Source: Pyrodictiaceae archaeon (lineage in GTDB: Archaea; Thermoproteota; Thermoprotei_A; Sulfolobales; Pyrodictiaceae). Taken from it: 64,000 bases of DNA. Position numbers and translations under genes: made by a program. Below the pieces are notes generated by a model, which was given only the letters and a program-made list of their open reading frames with translations, did no database searches and was not told the DNA's origin. This document shows, in pieces, positions 1-9,215 of this stretch. The first letter of the stretch is position 1; each line of letters starts with the position of its first letter. The DNA is taken from NCBI GenBank assembly GCA_027036135.1, contig JALVSY010000030.1, positions 96,001 to 160,000 of the forward strand, read 5' to 3'.

Positions 1-28
1 TTTATAGTAAAGGATGAGTTGTTGTGCT

Positions 29-198
29 TTGGACGCGGTTAAGGCTAGGGTCTACCGGAGCATAGATGAGCTTTCCGAGGTATTAGAGCCCAGCAGGTAC
101 ATTATCAGGGGCATAGAGATAGTGGCCATGAGCCCGTGGAGATGGAGGAGCTAGCCTACCAGCTCTACAAGAACAAGAGGTCCATAGATAAAACATAG
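29..198 (+). pseudogene. Degraded or frameshifted ORF fragment of unknown function at window start
   Basis: Protein-like codon runs (LDAVKARVYRSIDELSEVLEPSRYIIRGIEIVAMSP and VEMEELAYQLYKNKR) lie in two different frames. No family recognised. Confidence 0.3.
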
Positions 199-298
199 CA
201 GCAAGAGCTGAGTCTAAGAAGGGCCGCCTTTATGCTCTTAGAACATAATTGGGTCAGCATGTTAATTAGACTCCATAACTATACCTATTCGAGGATGG

Positions 299-586
299 GT
301 GCTAACCGTGACCGAGCAAGTTGAGGTTAAGATAAGGATTCCTAGTGAGCTAGCTGGGCTAGCGAGACCACGTAGCGTCGAGGAGGAGCTAAGGCTACTA
401 GTGGCACTTGAACTCTACCGTGAGGGGAGGGTTTCGCTGGGGAAGGCTGCTGAGCTAGCTGGGTTAAGTCTTAGAGAGTTTCTCTACGAGCTACGCTCTA
501 GAAGAGTACCGCTAAACTACGACCTTGAGGAGCTTGAGAAGGATATGGAGACCGTGAGAATGCTCGTAGAAGACAAAGGGGGCTAG
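299..586 (+). CDS. UPF0175 family HTH antitoxin
   Basis: Motif ELYREGRVSLGKAAELAGLS...F; directly upstream of a PIN-domain gene. Confidence 0.85.
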   Translation: MLTVTEQVEVKIRIPSELAGLARPRSVEEELRLLVALELYREGRVSLGKAAELAGLSLREFLYELRSRRVPLNYDLEELEKDMETVRMLVEDKGG

Positions 587-591
587 ATTTT

Positions 592-1049
592 ATGAAGGCT
601 GTAGTCGATACTAGCGTGCTGATAGCGCTCTCTAATATTGGCAGGCTTGGGTTGCTAAGAGAACTTTTTCTCTAATGTACTAGTGCCTAAGGCTGTAGCA
701 GAAGAGTATGGCGAGCCTCTACCAAGTTGGATAAAAGGTCTTGGAAGTTAAAGATAAGCATCTTGTTCAAGTCTTACTAGAATACCTGCACAGAGGGGAG
801 GCCGAGGCAATAGCCTTAGCAGTAGAGTTGCAGGGAGCAATAATAGCCCTAGATGATAAGAAGGCTAGAATAACGGCTAGAAGACTAGGATTGAAGGTAA
901 TAGGTACACTCGGCATCCTTATTCTAGCTAAAAAGAAGGGCCTCATAAGCGACTTAAGGGAGGAAATAGAGAAGCTCCTCCACATATCCTTCCGACTCTC
1001 CCAAGAAGTAATCCAAGAGGCGCTAAAGAGGGCTGAAAAGGACTGCTAA
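592..1049 (+). pseudogene. DUF3368/PIN-domain (VapC-like) toxin with two +1 frameshifts
   Basis: ATG 592 gives MKAVVDTSVLIALSNIGRLGLLRELF. After one extra base (T-run 665-669) it continues SNVLVPKAVAEEYGEPLPSWIK. After another (A-run 733-736) it continues VLEVKD...LHRGEAEAIALA...LDDKKAR...GTLGIL. Confidence 0.85.
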
Positions 1050-1171
1050 GAGACCAATAAGCAAAATTTTGAAATATGATCAATCATAAGCGATTCTAGC
1101 TAAACCTTCACGCTATAGTGTCAGAGGCCTAAAGTAGCCTATACACAATAGAGGTTTTTGAGACATTTAGG

Positions 1172-1247
1172 TGGAGCCGCCGGCGGGATTTGAACCCGCG
1201 ACCACCGGCTTACAAGGCCGGCGCTCTGCCCGCTGAGCTACGGCGGC
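1172..1247 (-). tRNA. tRNA-Thr(UGU), CCA encoded
   Basis: Reverse complement folds as a cloverleaf: GCCGCCG acceptor, anticodon loop CT-TGT-AA, TTCAAAT T-loop, 3' TCCA. Confidence 0.97.
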
Positions 1248-1388
1248 GCCTTGTTAGCTAGGCGGCTCCGTATGATTGTGGTCTCTACTCTGGTTTGGTG
1301 TTTTAATCCCTTGCGGCCCTTAGGAGCTGCCTGGTGTTATTTTAGGGGGTTGTTTGTTGATTAGATGCTTCGTTTATGGGTATGAGTA

Positions 1389-2012
1389 GTGGTTGATGCC
1401 AGGCTCGAGGAGTACGAGGATTATACTAAGCGGTTTATTAGACTCGGTATTGGTGAATTGTTTAGGTTTAGGTGTACTCGTTGTGGTCGTTGTTGTAGCG
1501 GCGGCCCTAATGTCTCTCTCACTGTGTTTGATGTTGTTCGTATGGCTCGTTTTCTCTCAATTAGTTGGAAGGGTTTCCTTAAGGGCTATGTGAAGGTTAT
1601 TATAGCTGATATTGTGCCTCATATGCTTCTGCGGGGCGATGAGCGGGGGCGTTGCTTGTTTTTGGCTGAGAAGGCTTCGGGGGAGAAGCTCTGTGTTATC
1701 TATCCCGCTAGGCCTATGAGGTGCCGCTTATATCCGGTACTTGTTGAGGACTTGTCGGGTAAGAGGGTTTATCTTGATCCGCGGTCTCCCGGTGTTGGCC
1801 GTGGTGTTTTGAGGCCTTTGCCTAGGAGGCTTATTGAGCACTATATATGGGAGCGTAGGGAGCATTATCGCCGCCTTTACCGCGTTATTGTTGAGGAGGG
1901 GGCTAGGCCTATTGAGGGTCTTTACCGCGTCTTGGAGGAGGCTTGGAGGGAGGCTGAGGAGGGAGCGGAGTGGGCTGATCTGGACTACTTGGCGAGTCTT
2001 GGCTCGGTGTAA
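1389..2012 (+). CDS. YkgJ/FliB-family cysteine-cluster (Fe-S/Zn) protein
   Basis: CxxCGxCC, CLFL and CxIYxxRPxxCRLYP motifs. Confidence 0.85.
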   Translation: MVDARLEEYEDYTKRFIRLGIGELFRFRCTRCGRCCSGGPNVSLTVFDVVRMARFLSISWKGFLKGYVKVIIADIVPHMLLRGDERGRCLFLAEKASGEKLCVIYPARPMRCRLYPVLVEDLSGKRVYLDPRSPGVGRGVLRPLPRRLIEHYIWERREHYRRLYRVIVEEGARPIEGLYRVLEEAWREAEEGAEWADLDYLASLGSV

Positions 2013-2097
2013 CTAGTGGCTTGGACCCGTGGGGCCTAGTTCCTAAATACTCGTGTCTCGCGAGAACGGAGGTCTCTGGTTGGGGCGCTGGTCTGGG

Positions 2098-2841
2098 ATG
2101 GTTGATGTATCAAGGCTTGATCCCCGTAGGAGGGTTGAGATCTATATAGCTAACGTGGAGCATGTCGTGGATAAGCTGAGAAGCCTTAGCGATGCAAGGG
2201 CTAGGCGCTTGCTTGACCTTGTCTCGCGCTACGTGGAGGATGCCAAGTACTTCTTGGATAAGGGGGACTACTTCACGGCGTTGGCCGATATAGCCTATGC
2301 TGAGGGCCTTGTTGATGCTTTACGATGGCTTGGTATAGCTGAGTTTGAGTGGAGAAGGCCTTCTGAGCTCTTGGAGAGGCCGAGAGTAGTTGTTGCCGGG
2401 ACCTTTGATATTATTCATCCAGGCCACGTGGGCTTGCTCCGGGAGGCTTGGAGGCTTGGCAGGGTCCACGTGATTGTCGCGAGGGATGACTCTGTTAGGA
2501 AGATTAAGGGCCGAGAACCCTTTGTGCCCGAGGAGCAGAGGCTACAAGTAGTGTCGGCGATAAGGTACGTGTACGAGGCAAAGCTTGGGAGCAAGACTGA
2601 CTTCCTCGAGCCTCTCCGTGAGATTAAGCCGGACATAGTCCTCCTGGGCCCCGATCAATGGGCTGATGAGGAGTGGCTCGCTAGGCGCTTAGAGGCAGAG
2701 GGCGTAAGGGCCAAGGTGATAAGACTACGTGAAAAGATACGGTGCCCGCTATGCAGCTCAACAAGTATTGCTTGTAGGGTGCTGGAGGTCTTGCCGAGGG
2801 ATGCTTGCAGGGGCGGAGGGAAGGAAGAGGAACAGGGCTAG
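2098..2841 (+). CDS. ribL: DUF357 domain fused to archaeal FAD synthetase (cytidylyltransferase fold)
   Basis: N-terminal YxxDAxYFLxxGDxxTALxxIAYAEGLxDA (DUF357); C-terminal GTFDIIHPGH, VARD, LGPDQ. ATG 2098 preferred as start. Confidence 0.85.
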   Translation: MVDVSRLDPRRRVEIYIANVEHVVDKLRSLSDARARRLLDLVSRYVEDAKYFLDKGDYFTALADIAYAEGLVDALRWLGIAEFEWRRPSELLERPRVVVAGTFDIIHPGHVGLLREAWRLGRVHVIVARDDSVRKIKGREPFVPEEQRLQVVSAIRYVYEAKLGSKTDFLEPLREIKPDIVLLGPDQWADEEWLARRLEAEGVRAKVIRLREKIRCPLCSSTSIACRVLEVLPRDACRGGGKEEEQG

Positions 2842-2850
2842 AAGGGCTTA

Positions 2851-3477
2851 CTAGACGCCCTCGGTGTATGCTACGTATAGTTTCTTGAGCATCTTTACGG
2901 GCTCAGAGGAGAAGTCTACTCGTAGGTCAATTATCTTGTCGTAGTATGGTGTATACTCGGTCTGCCCAACCACTAGGAGTGCTGCTGAGCGGTCACCTCT
3001 CCTATCACCACCGGCTCGGTGTGCAGCCTCTATTGCCGCTAGTAGGCGCTCTGCAAGACTTCCCCGCGAAGAGCTGTAAGCATCTATGGCGTTCTTGCAG
3101 ACCGAGGGCCCCTTAACCAAGTTAGCTATGCACACAACCGGCTCGCTCAGGTGGAGATGGTAACCGTGCCACTGCGGAGTCCAGTCACCATCGTGTACAG
3201 CTATGTCTCCTCGATAATCAATAACCGCTACTTGGCGGTGAGCAGGGCTTGGGTCACGAGCAAGTGCCTGGCGTAGAGCCTCCTCCGCGGTATAGGACTG
3301 TGATAGCAGCTCAAGAACCATTGGGCCTAGGGCTGGGTTCGTATAAGCCTGTGTAGCCACGACACCGACCCCGTGACGGGCCCAGGGAACCCTGGCACCG
3401 ACAGCCACACTGCCAGAGACCACCGCTACACCGGCTTGGCCGAGGAGCGGGTCATAGGCTAGCACGCTATAAGTCAA
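2851..3477 (-). CDS. DUF1028 family Ntn-hydrolase
   Basis: N-terminal MTYS, GVVATQA, GGDRRG..SAALLV and DLRVD motifs. Confidence 0.9.
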   Translation of the reverse strand: MTYSVLAYDPLLGQAGVAVVSGSVAVGARVPWARHGVGVVATQAYTNPALGPMVLELLSQSYTAEEALRQALARDPSPAHRQVAVIDYRGDIAVHDGDWTPQWHGYHLHLSEPVVCIANLVKGPSVCKNAIDAYSSSRGSLAERLLAAIEAAHRAGGDRRGDRSAALLVVGQTEYTPYYDKIIDLRVDFSSEPVKMLKKLYVAYTEGV

Positions 3478-3615
3478 GGCTCTCTAGCACCCACTTTATA
3501 TTGGAGAGATGCCGCTGAACAAAACGTGTAACTCGGATAAGAAAACCTAGGTCCAATAAATTGTATCAATTATATCCATAGTATCTCGGCCACCAGAATC
3601 AGTTGGTTTAGAGTC

Positions 3616-3822
3616 TTATACTATGTATAGCTGCTTTCTAACCTCCTCGGGTACCTCGTCTTCACGTAGAACTGGGTAGGTTGCTGGGGCATCTCTCCTC
3701 TTAGGGCCGATCACGACGTAGCGGGATGGATCGGTCTCGTTTCTGCTCTTAAGTACTCTAACCTTTACGTACCATCCATCGTTTCTTAGCACGTAGGCAT
3801 ATTTGCCGTGCTTCCCGCCCAT
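3616..3822 (-). CDS. Small conserved crenarchaeal protein (DUF5622-like)
   Basis: MGxKHxKYxYVxRxDGWYVKVRV signature; Shine-Dalgarno-like GGGGTG upstream. Confidence 0.7.
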   Translation of the reverse strand: MGGKHGKYAYVLRNDGWYVKVRVLKSRNETDPSRYVVIGPKRRDAPATYPVLREDEVPEEVRKQLYIV

Positions 3823-3963
3823 AACTAGTGCACCCCGTATAGGGAGGGCTTGGAGGCGCTGGGAAGATATAAGCCTTAGAGTTCCTCTTTCTAGGCTATT
3901 ACCCGGGGTAATCCTCTGGCTACTGTATAATTAATGTATAGATCCGCTGCACGCGGGTGAGGG

Positions 3964-4629
3964 GTGATCATCTCGGTGTCTGAGAGCTCTCTGAGTAGGA
4001 TCCGTGTAGAAGTACCCGAGGTACCAGTTAAGGAGAAGGTAGAGCTTAACGCTGACAAGTCTGCTCTTATAATAGTTGATATGCAGAATGACTTTGTGAA
4101 GCCTGGTGGGAAGCTGCGCGTGCCTAGCGCTGAGGAGACTATTGGCCCTATTAGGCTTCTCTTGGAGAGAGCCCGCGAGAAGCAGGTAATGACTGTCTTT
4201 ACACAGGATACGCATTATCCTGGGGATCCCGAGTTCGGTATCTGGGGTGAGCATGTAGTTAAGGGTACGTGGGGCTGGAGGATAATTGATGAGTTAGCTC
4301 CGCTTCCTGGAGAGATAGTGGTTGAGAAGACGAGGTACGATGGGTTCTACGGTACCCCGCTTGATGATCTCCTACGCGTCCATGGTATACGTGATGTCGT
4401 GGTTGTCGGGACTGTTGCTAACATATGTGTTCTCCATACTGCTGCTAGTGCTGCTTTACGCTGGTACCGCGTCTATATCCCGATGGACGGGATTAGTGCC
4501 CTCAATGAGTTCGACTACTATGCTACGCTGCGACAGGTTAGCTTCCTATACCGTGGGGTTATAGTGAGGCGTGCCGAGGGTATAGTGTTTAGGGGTACTG
4601 GTAAGTGGAAGCGGAGTCGCCAGGCATAG
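3964..4629 (+). CDS. Isochorismatase/nicotinamidase-family cysteine hydrolase
   Basis: IVDMQNDF, KTRYDGF, GTVANICV catalytic D-K-C triad. Confidence 0.92.
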   Translation: MIISVSESSLSRIRVEVPEVPVKEKVELNADKSALIIVDMQNDFVKPGGKLRVPSAEETIGPIRLLLERAREKQVMTVFTQDTHYPGDPEFGIWGEHVVKGTWGWRIIDELAPLPGEIVVEKTRYDGFYGTPLDDLLRVHGIRDVVVVGTVANICVLHTAASAALRWYRVYIPMDGISALNEFDYYATLRQVSFLYRGVIVRRAEGIVFRGTGKWKRSRQA

Positions 4630-6452
4630 CGTTTCCCTATGATAGGCCTAGGCCTGGCCAGCTTGAGGCAGCTAGGCTGATAAGCGAAGCTATTAGTGAG
4701 GGCCGTGTAGTAGCGCTTCGTGCACCCACGGGGTTCGGCAAGACAGCTACCATAATCAAGGGCTTGTTGGATTCCGGAGCTAAGCGCGTAATCTATGTTG
4801 TGCGGACGCGTAACGAGATACAGCCAGTGATCCGGGAGCTCAGGCGCTTCGGACTAAGAGATTATACTTTCCTCTATAGCGCTAGGCGGATGTGCCCTCT
4901 TCTAGAAGAAGAGAACCTGGGTGTAGATGATTTCTGGAATACTTGTAGGCTTCTAAGGCTCCGAGGAGAATGCGCTTATTACTCATCGCTCTCCGAGGTA
5001 AACGAGGATGATGTGCGCCGAGTTGTTTCCTCCAAGGACTCGCCACGAGGAATAGTCAAGGACCTAGCCCATATGGGTGTATGCCCCTTCTTTGCGCTCA
5101 AGTTATTAGTGTCGTCGGCTCACATAGTTGTGGCTACTTATCCTTACCTGTTCCGGGAGGATATATTCGAGACCGTGTTCGAGCCCTTTACGCTAAGCGA
5201 TTTCGTCATAGTAGTTGATGAGGCGCACTCTCTCCTTAACCTGCAGTCATTGTTTGAGGCTCGGCTTAGTGTCCGCGACATAGAGCTAGCAATAACCGAG
5301 ATAGAGAACTATAACCTGCCGTTAGAACTCGCTGAGAAACTGGAAGAGCTTAGAGAAATCGCTGCGAATGCAAAGGCCTCGGAGAAGCTAACGAGACTAA
5401 GTATTGACGATATACGAGAGGTACTAGAGGAGCCGAGTATTTGGAGAGATGCTGCAGAGGAGGTGCGTTTAGAGAAGACGAGGGAGCGATTAGAAGAGGG
5501 TGCACCAGTCTCCTTATCGGTTGCGCTGACTAGGGTTGCTGTCTTCGCGGATGCTGCTTGGAGGAAGAGTGTGGGAGCCTACTTGTCTAGGAATAACAAC
5601 ACAGTGCTGAAGATACTCCCTCTTGAACCCTGCGACATAGTGGGCAATGTTATTAACAATGCCAGAGCAGCTATTCTCGCGAGCGGCACTCTCCCCGAAC
5701 GAGATGCTATTAGAACACTTATGTGTATAGAGAAGGAACTCGTATACCTAGATGTAGAGGAGCTCTATGGTCCCATCTTTCCACAAGAAACCCTCGCGGT
5801 AATGGTTACCGCGGAGCTGACGTCTAGGTACTCTATGAGAAGTACTAGAATGTACCGTCTCTACGCCGAGTATATTGCAGAGGCATACCATGCTACTAAG
5901 CGCTCAGTGCTAGCCGTGTACCCGAGCTACGAGATGCTAAGGAGCATCCATAGCTTCCTCTCAGCAATGCTCGGAGACAAGCTGATAAGCGAGAATAGGG
6001 GTACCTCGATAGAGGATGTCGCTGAGAGAGTTCGTAGAGAAAAACACGTAGTAATAGAGGCGGTTGCTGGCGGGAAGCTAACAGAGGGCATCGAGCTACG
6101 AGATAATCGTGGCCAAAGCCTGGTCTCCGTGGTCTTTGTTGCTGGTGTCCCTTATCCACTGCCAGACGACTATGTAGAGGACCAGGTAGAGACAATAGCA
6201 GAGAAAATAGGCGAGCAAAAAGCCAAGACAATGTTCTTCGAGGTAAACGCTGCTATGAGGATATTACAGGCCGTGGGAAGGGCTCGTAGAAGCTCAGAGG
6301 ATACCGCTCTCGTGGTTCTCGGCGACTATAGGTTCCTTAGACGTGGTATCCGGAGGCACATTAGTGAACTGACTCGGAGGTATAGAGTAGTTAACTCCAT
6401 TGAGGAGTACCGGGCCCTGGTAAAGGAAGTGGCCCAGGCCCTTGACCTATAG
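4605..6452 (+). CDS. xpd: XPD/Rad3-family Fe-S DNA helicase
   Basis: APTGFGKT Walker A, four Fe-S cysteines, DEAH, SGT, QAVGRARRS. Confidence 0.9.
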   Translation: MEAESPGIAFPYDRPRPGQLEAARLISEAISEGRVVALRAPTGFGKTATIIKGLLDSGAKRVIYVVRTRNEIQPVIRELRRFGLRDYTFLYSARRMCPLLEEENLGVDDFWNTCRLLRLRGECAYYSSLSEVNEDDVRRVVSSKDSPRGIVKDLAHMGVCPFFALKLLVSSAHIVVATYPYLFREDIFETVFEPFTLSDFVIVVDEAHSLLNLQSLFEARLSVRDIELAITEIENYNLPLELAEKLEELREIAANAKASEKLTRLSIDDIREVLEEPSIWRDAAEEVRLEKTRERLEEGAPVSLSVALTRVAVFADAAWRKSVGAYLSRNNNTVLKILPLEPCDIVGNVINNARAAILASGTLPERDAIRTLMCIEKELVYLDVEELYGPIFPQETLAVMVTAELTSRYSMRSTRMYRLYAEYIAEAYHATKRSVLAVYPSYEMLRSIHSFLSAMLGDKLISENRGTSIEDVAERVRREKHVVIEAVAGGKLTEGIELRDNRGQSLVSVVFVAGVPYPLPDDYVEDQVETIAEKIGEQKAKTMFFEVNAAMRILQAVGRARRSSEDTALVVLGDYRFLRRGIRRHISELTRRYRVVNSIEEYRALVKEVAQALDL

Positions 6453-6485
6453 CTGCTCCGGGATAGAAACCTTATTCTAGGAACC

Positions 6486-6592
6486 AGCGGGCCTCATCTA
6501 AGCGTGGAACCCCGGTCCCCTGCAACTCGACCCCGTGTCCCGGGGCTAGATGGGCAGGGGGCGGGTCACTCCCGGCCGTCCTTCCTCATTAC
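6486..6592. ncRNA. Putative structured GC-rich RNA with a K-turn-like hairpin
   Basis: Stem CCCCTGC/GCAGGGG encloses GA-CCCCG tgtcc CGGGG-cta-GA (K-turn geometry). Minus strand has box C-like ATGAGGA. Confidence 0.45.
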
Positions 6593-6680
6593 ATTTTGTT
6601 CTCCGAGCGCGGTGAACGGGGCTATTAAATACCGGTAAGCCCAGGCTAGTCCTTGCTCCTGGGGAGGAGGTGGCCTCTGC

Positions 6681-6854
6681 ATGAGCCTCGAAGAACTGGG
6701 CAAGATAGCGAGCAAGTACCTTAACCAGCTCGACGAGGAGTATAAGAGAGTAATTGAGAGCGAGCTGGAGGCCTACGCTAGGGAGCTGATAAATAAGCGC
6801 ATAGAGTCCCTTGAGCCCCTTCGGAGAAAGATAACTGGGCTCTTTAGGGCTTAG
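6681..6854 (+). CDS. 57-aa charged helical hypothetical protein (missed by ORF track)
   Basis: GGAGGTG Shine-Dalgarno at 6666-6672 and TATTAAAT promoter-like box at ~6623. Reads MSLEELGKIASKYLNQLDEEYKRVIESELEAYARELINKRIESLEPLRRKITGLFRA. Confidence 0.75.
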   Translation: MSLEELGKIASKYLNQLDEEYKRVIESELEAYARELINKRIESLEPLRRKITGLFRA

Positions 6855-7972
6855 GCTTGTTCTAGTGCTTCTTTTACTATCTCCTCCTCTGCTGGATATG
6901 CATGCATGTTTCTGAGCGGCACATAGACCTCTAGCTCTGAGCCTATTAGTGGCTCTTTCTCGTCACTTGGAAGGTCTAGTAGTATGTCTTTCTCGAGACC
7001 TGGAATGGCTAAGCGCACTTCTATGAATGAGCCTATGTACATCGATACTGATACTGTTCCGCGGAGCACGGTGTAGTCGCCTGGGCTGTGGGGCTGCCTC
7101 GTTGTAGCGCCCTCTGCCTTTACTACTAGTGCTGCTGTGTCCCCTTTGCCTAGGCCATGGTTGATTGCCTTGACTTGTATCTCGCCTAGCTGTATCACTG
7201 CCGTCCGATCCTCGGTGTCAACTACTTTTCCTAGTACCAGCGTTGTTCTCCCGAGGAACATTGCTGTGAAGAGCTTTGAGGGATTGCTGTAGAGCTGCTC
7301 CGGGCTACCCACTTCCTCTACTATACCGTTTCTCATAACCGCTATGCGGTCTGCTAGGCTCATCGCCTCCTCCTGGTCATGCGTCACGTATATCATTGTT
7401 ATGCCGAGTTTTCTCTGGAGCTTGCGGAGCTCGCCTCTTAGTCTCAGCCTTAGCTTTGCATCAAGGTTGCTAAGGGGCTCGTCGAGTAAGAGGACACGTG
7501 GCTGCACGACAAGCGCTCGGGCAAGCGCTACTCTCTGCTGTTGCCCGCCGCTAAGCTGGCCGGGATATCTCTTCTCCATTCCGCGGAGGCCTAGGAGATC
7601 TAGAGCCCATTTCACTCGCTTATCTATCTCTTCGCGTGGAAGTTTGCGGAGCCGGAGGCCAAAGGCTATGTTCTCGTAGACAGTCATGTGGGGCCATAGC
7701 GCCCAGTTCTGGAAAACCATTACAGTACCGCGCTTATCCGGCGGTAGCTCGGTTACATCGCGTCCCTCGAACACTATCCTGCCGGAGTCCGGTACCTCGA
7801 AGCCAGCTATGATTCGGAGAAGCGTTGTCTTACCGCACCCGCTTGGCCCTAGTATGGCGAATAACTCACCCTTCTCTATGGACAAGGATACTCCCCGTAG
7901 CGCGACTGTCTTACCGAAGCGCTTAACCACGTCCTCTACCTGGATGAAGCCCAAGCCAAGACCACCCCACAC
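6851..7972 (-). CDS. ABC transporter ATP-binding protein (Fe3+/polyamine/thiamine type)
   Basis: GPSGCGKT, LSGGQQQR, LLLDEP, VTHD; C-terminal TOBE-like domain. Confidence 0.95.
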   Translation of the reverse strand: MWGGLGLGFIQVEDVVKRFGKTVALRGVSLSIEKGELFAILGPSGCGKTTLLRIIAGFEVPDSGRIVFEGRDVTELPPDKRGTVMVFQNWALWPHMTVYENIAFGLRLRKLPREEIDKRVKWALDLLGLRGMEKRYPGQLSGGQQQRVALARALVVQPRVLLLDEPLSNLDAKLRLRLRGELRKLQRKLGITMIYVTHDQEEAMSLADRIAVMRNGIVEEVGSPEQLYSNPSKLFTAMFLGRTTLVLGKVVDTEDRTAVIQLGEIQVKAINHGLGKGDTAALVVKAEGATTRQPHSPGDYTVLRGTVSVSMYIGSFIEVRLAIPGLEKDILLDLPSDEKEPLIGSELEVYVPLRNMHAYPAEEEIVKEALEQA

Positions 7973-7980
7973 ATACGAGC

Positions 7981-8640
7981 CTAGAGGGTTATGAGGGCTT
8001 GCCCCCTCCTCGCGAGGCGAGATGCTATAGCGATCACCGCGACCTCCGTCACCATTAGTAACGCTGCCAGGGCTGCTGCTCTCGCCTGTGGCTGCGTACC
8101 ACCAGTGACCGATGGCAGTGTGAATATCTCGGCTATAGCATAGGTTATTGGCACTGCATGTGTGCTTGGATTAGCTATTGGACCTCCCTTGAGAGCACCT
8201 ATAGTGACGCTTACGCTTACCTCGCTTAGTATGTATATGGGGCCCGGCAGCAGCACCGCCACTACGCAGTACCATACTAGGGGGAGCACTATTCGCCTTA
8301 TTACACGAGCCCTCCTCGCCCCTAGGCTTCGCGTTGCCTCCTCTAGCTCCTCCGGCGTCTGAATAACTGATGTGAACACTAAGCGCACGGTGAACAGCAT
8401 CTTCCTGATAATGTAGGCGAGTACGAGCACGTGTCCAGGGTTTAGGAACGGGTCAAAGAACCCGTAGAGGCTGTACTTAGAGAAGAATACGAAGTAGCTG
8501 AACGCTACAACCAGGCCAGGCATCGCCAACGGGAGAGAAGCCAAATATATCTAATAGCCCTGCCCCAGAGAGCCTTGCCCTAGCTATGGCCTAACCCGTC
8601 ATAAAGCCGAGTATCGCGGCGAAGATTGTTGTCTCTCCGA
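7981..8640 (-). pseudogene. Truncated iron(III)-type ABC permease (5' deleted, internal stop, frameshift)
   Basis: EAA-like loop ELEEATRSLGA. Upstream of 8544 it reads GETTIFAAILGFMTG*AIARARLSGAGLLDI, with a TAG at 8591-8593 and a +1 shift at ~8545. Confidence 0.8.
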
Positions 8641-8645
8641 GATAG

Positions 8646-9215
8646 GTAATAGGTAGGCAAGTAGTACTTAACTTCAAGATAACTGACGATGCTTGGGGCA
8701 TAGAGAAGATAACAGCCACGCTAGAATACAATGGCAAGAGGATGACACTCATACCAACATACACCTACGGAATAGCCCGTATAGTCATCCCGCCAACAGT
8801 CAAGACTAAGGAGGCAAAGCTAACAATAATGGCCATTGACGCCTCCGGGAAAGAGACCACAAAAACCATAGAGATAAAGTTCCAGCAGCTACAAACAACC
8901 ACTATAAAGCCATCCACGACAACAACCGGGATAACAAGCACGACAAGCACAACCTCGTTAGAACAACAAGTAGCACAAACCACAACAACCAAAAAGGCAA
9001 CCACAACAAGTGCAACAACAACAACAACTGCTCAGACCACGATGACAGCCCCAACAACTGCCAGCTCAACGAGCACAGCAAGTTACTCGCAACCAAGCAC
9101 ACAGCAAACAACGACAACAAAAACAAGTACAGGCAACACTACAACATTGGTAGTAGTAGCGGTAGTTATTCTCGCACTAGTAGCCTTCGCAGTAATAGTC
9201 GCAAAAGGCCGTTAA
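8646..9215 (+). pseudogene. 3' remnant of a cell-surface protein with Thr-rich linker and C-terminal membrane anchor
   Basis: The frame is open from 8646 (VIGRQVVLNFKITDDAWG...) with no signal peptide or early start. Poly-Thr tract, then LVVVAVVILALVAFAVIVAKGR. Confidence 0.65.
8885..9145 (+). repeat. ACA-rich low-complexity tract encoding the Thr-rich linker
   Basis: Repeated ACA/ACC/ACG codons, e.g. acaacaacaacaact. Confidence 0.7.

Noticed and set aside
6486-6592. 5S rRNA, SRP RNA or cobalamin riboswitch
   Set aside because: It lacks the 5S loop motifs, the SRP helix 8 motif and length, and a B12 box. Kept as an unknown structured element.
8591-8593. In-frame TAG as pyrrolysine or readthrough (also 48533-48535)
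   Set aside because: There are no pyl genes in the window, the lineage is not known for pyrrolysine, and the permease has other lesions.
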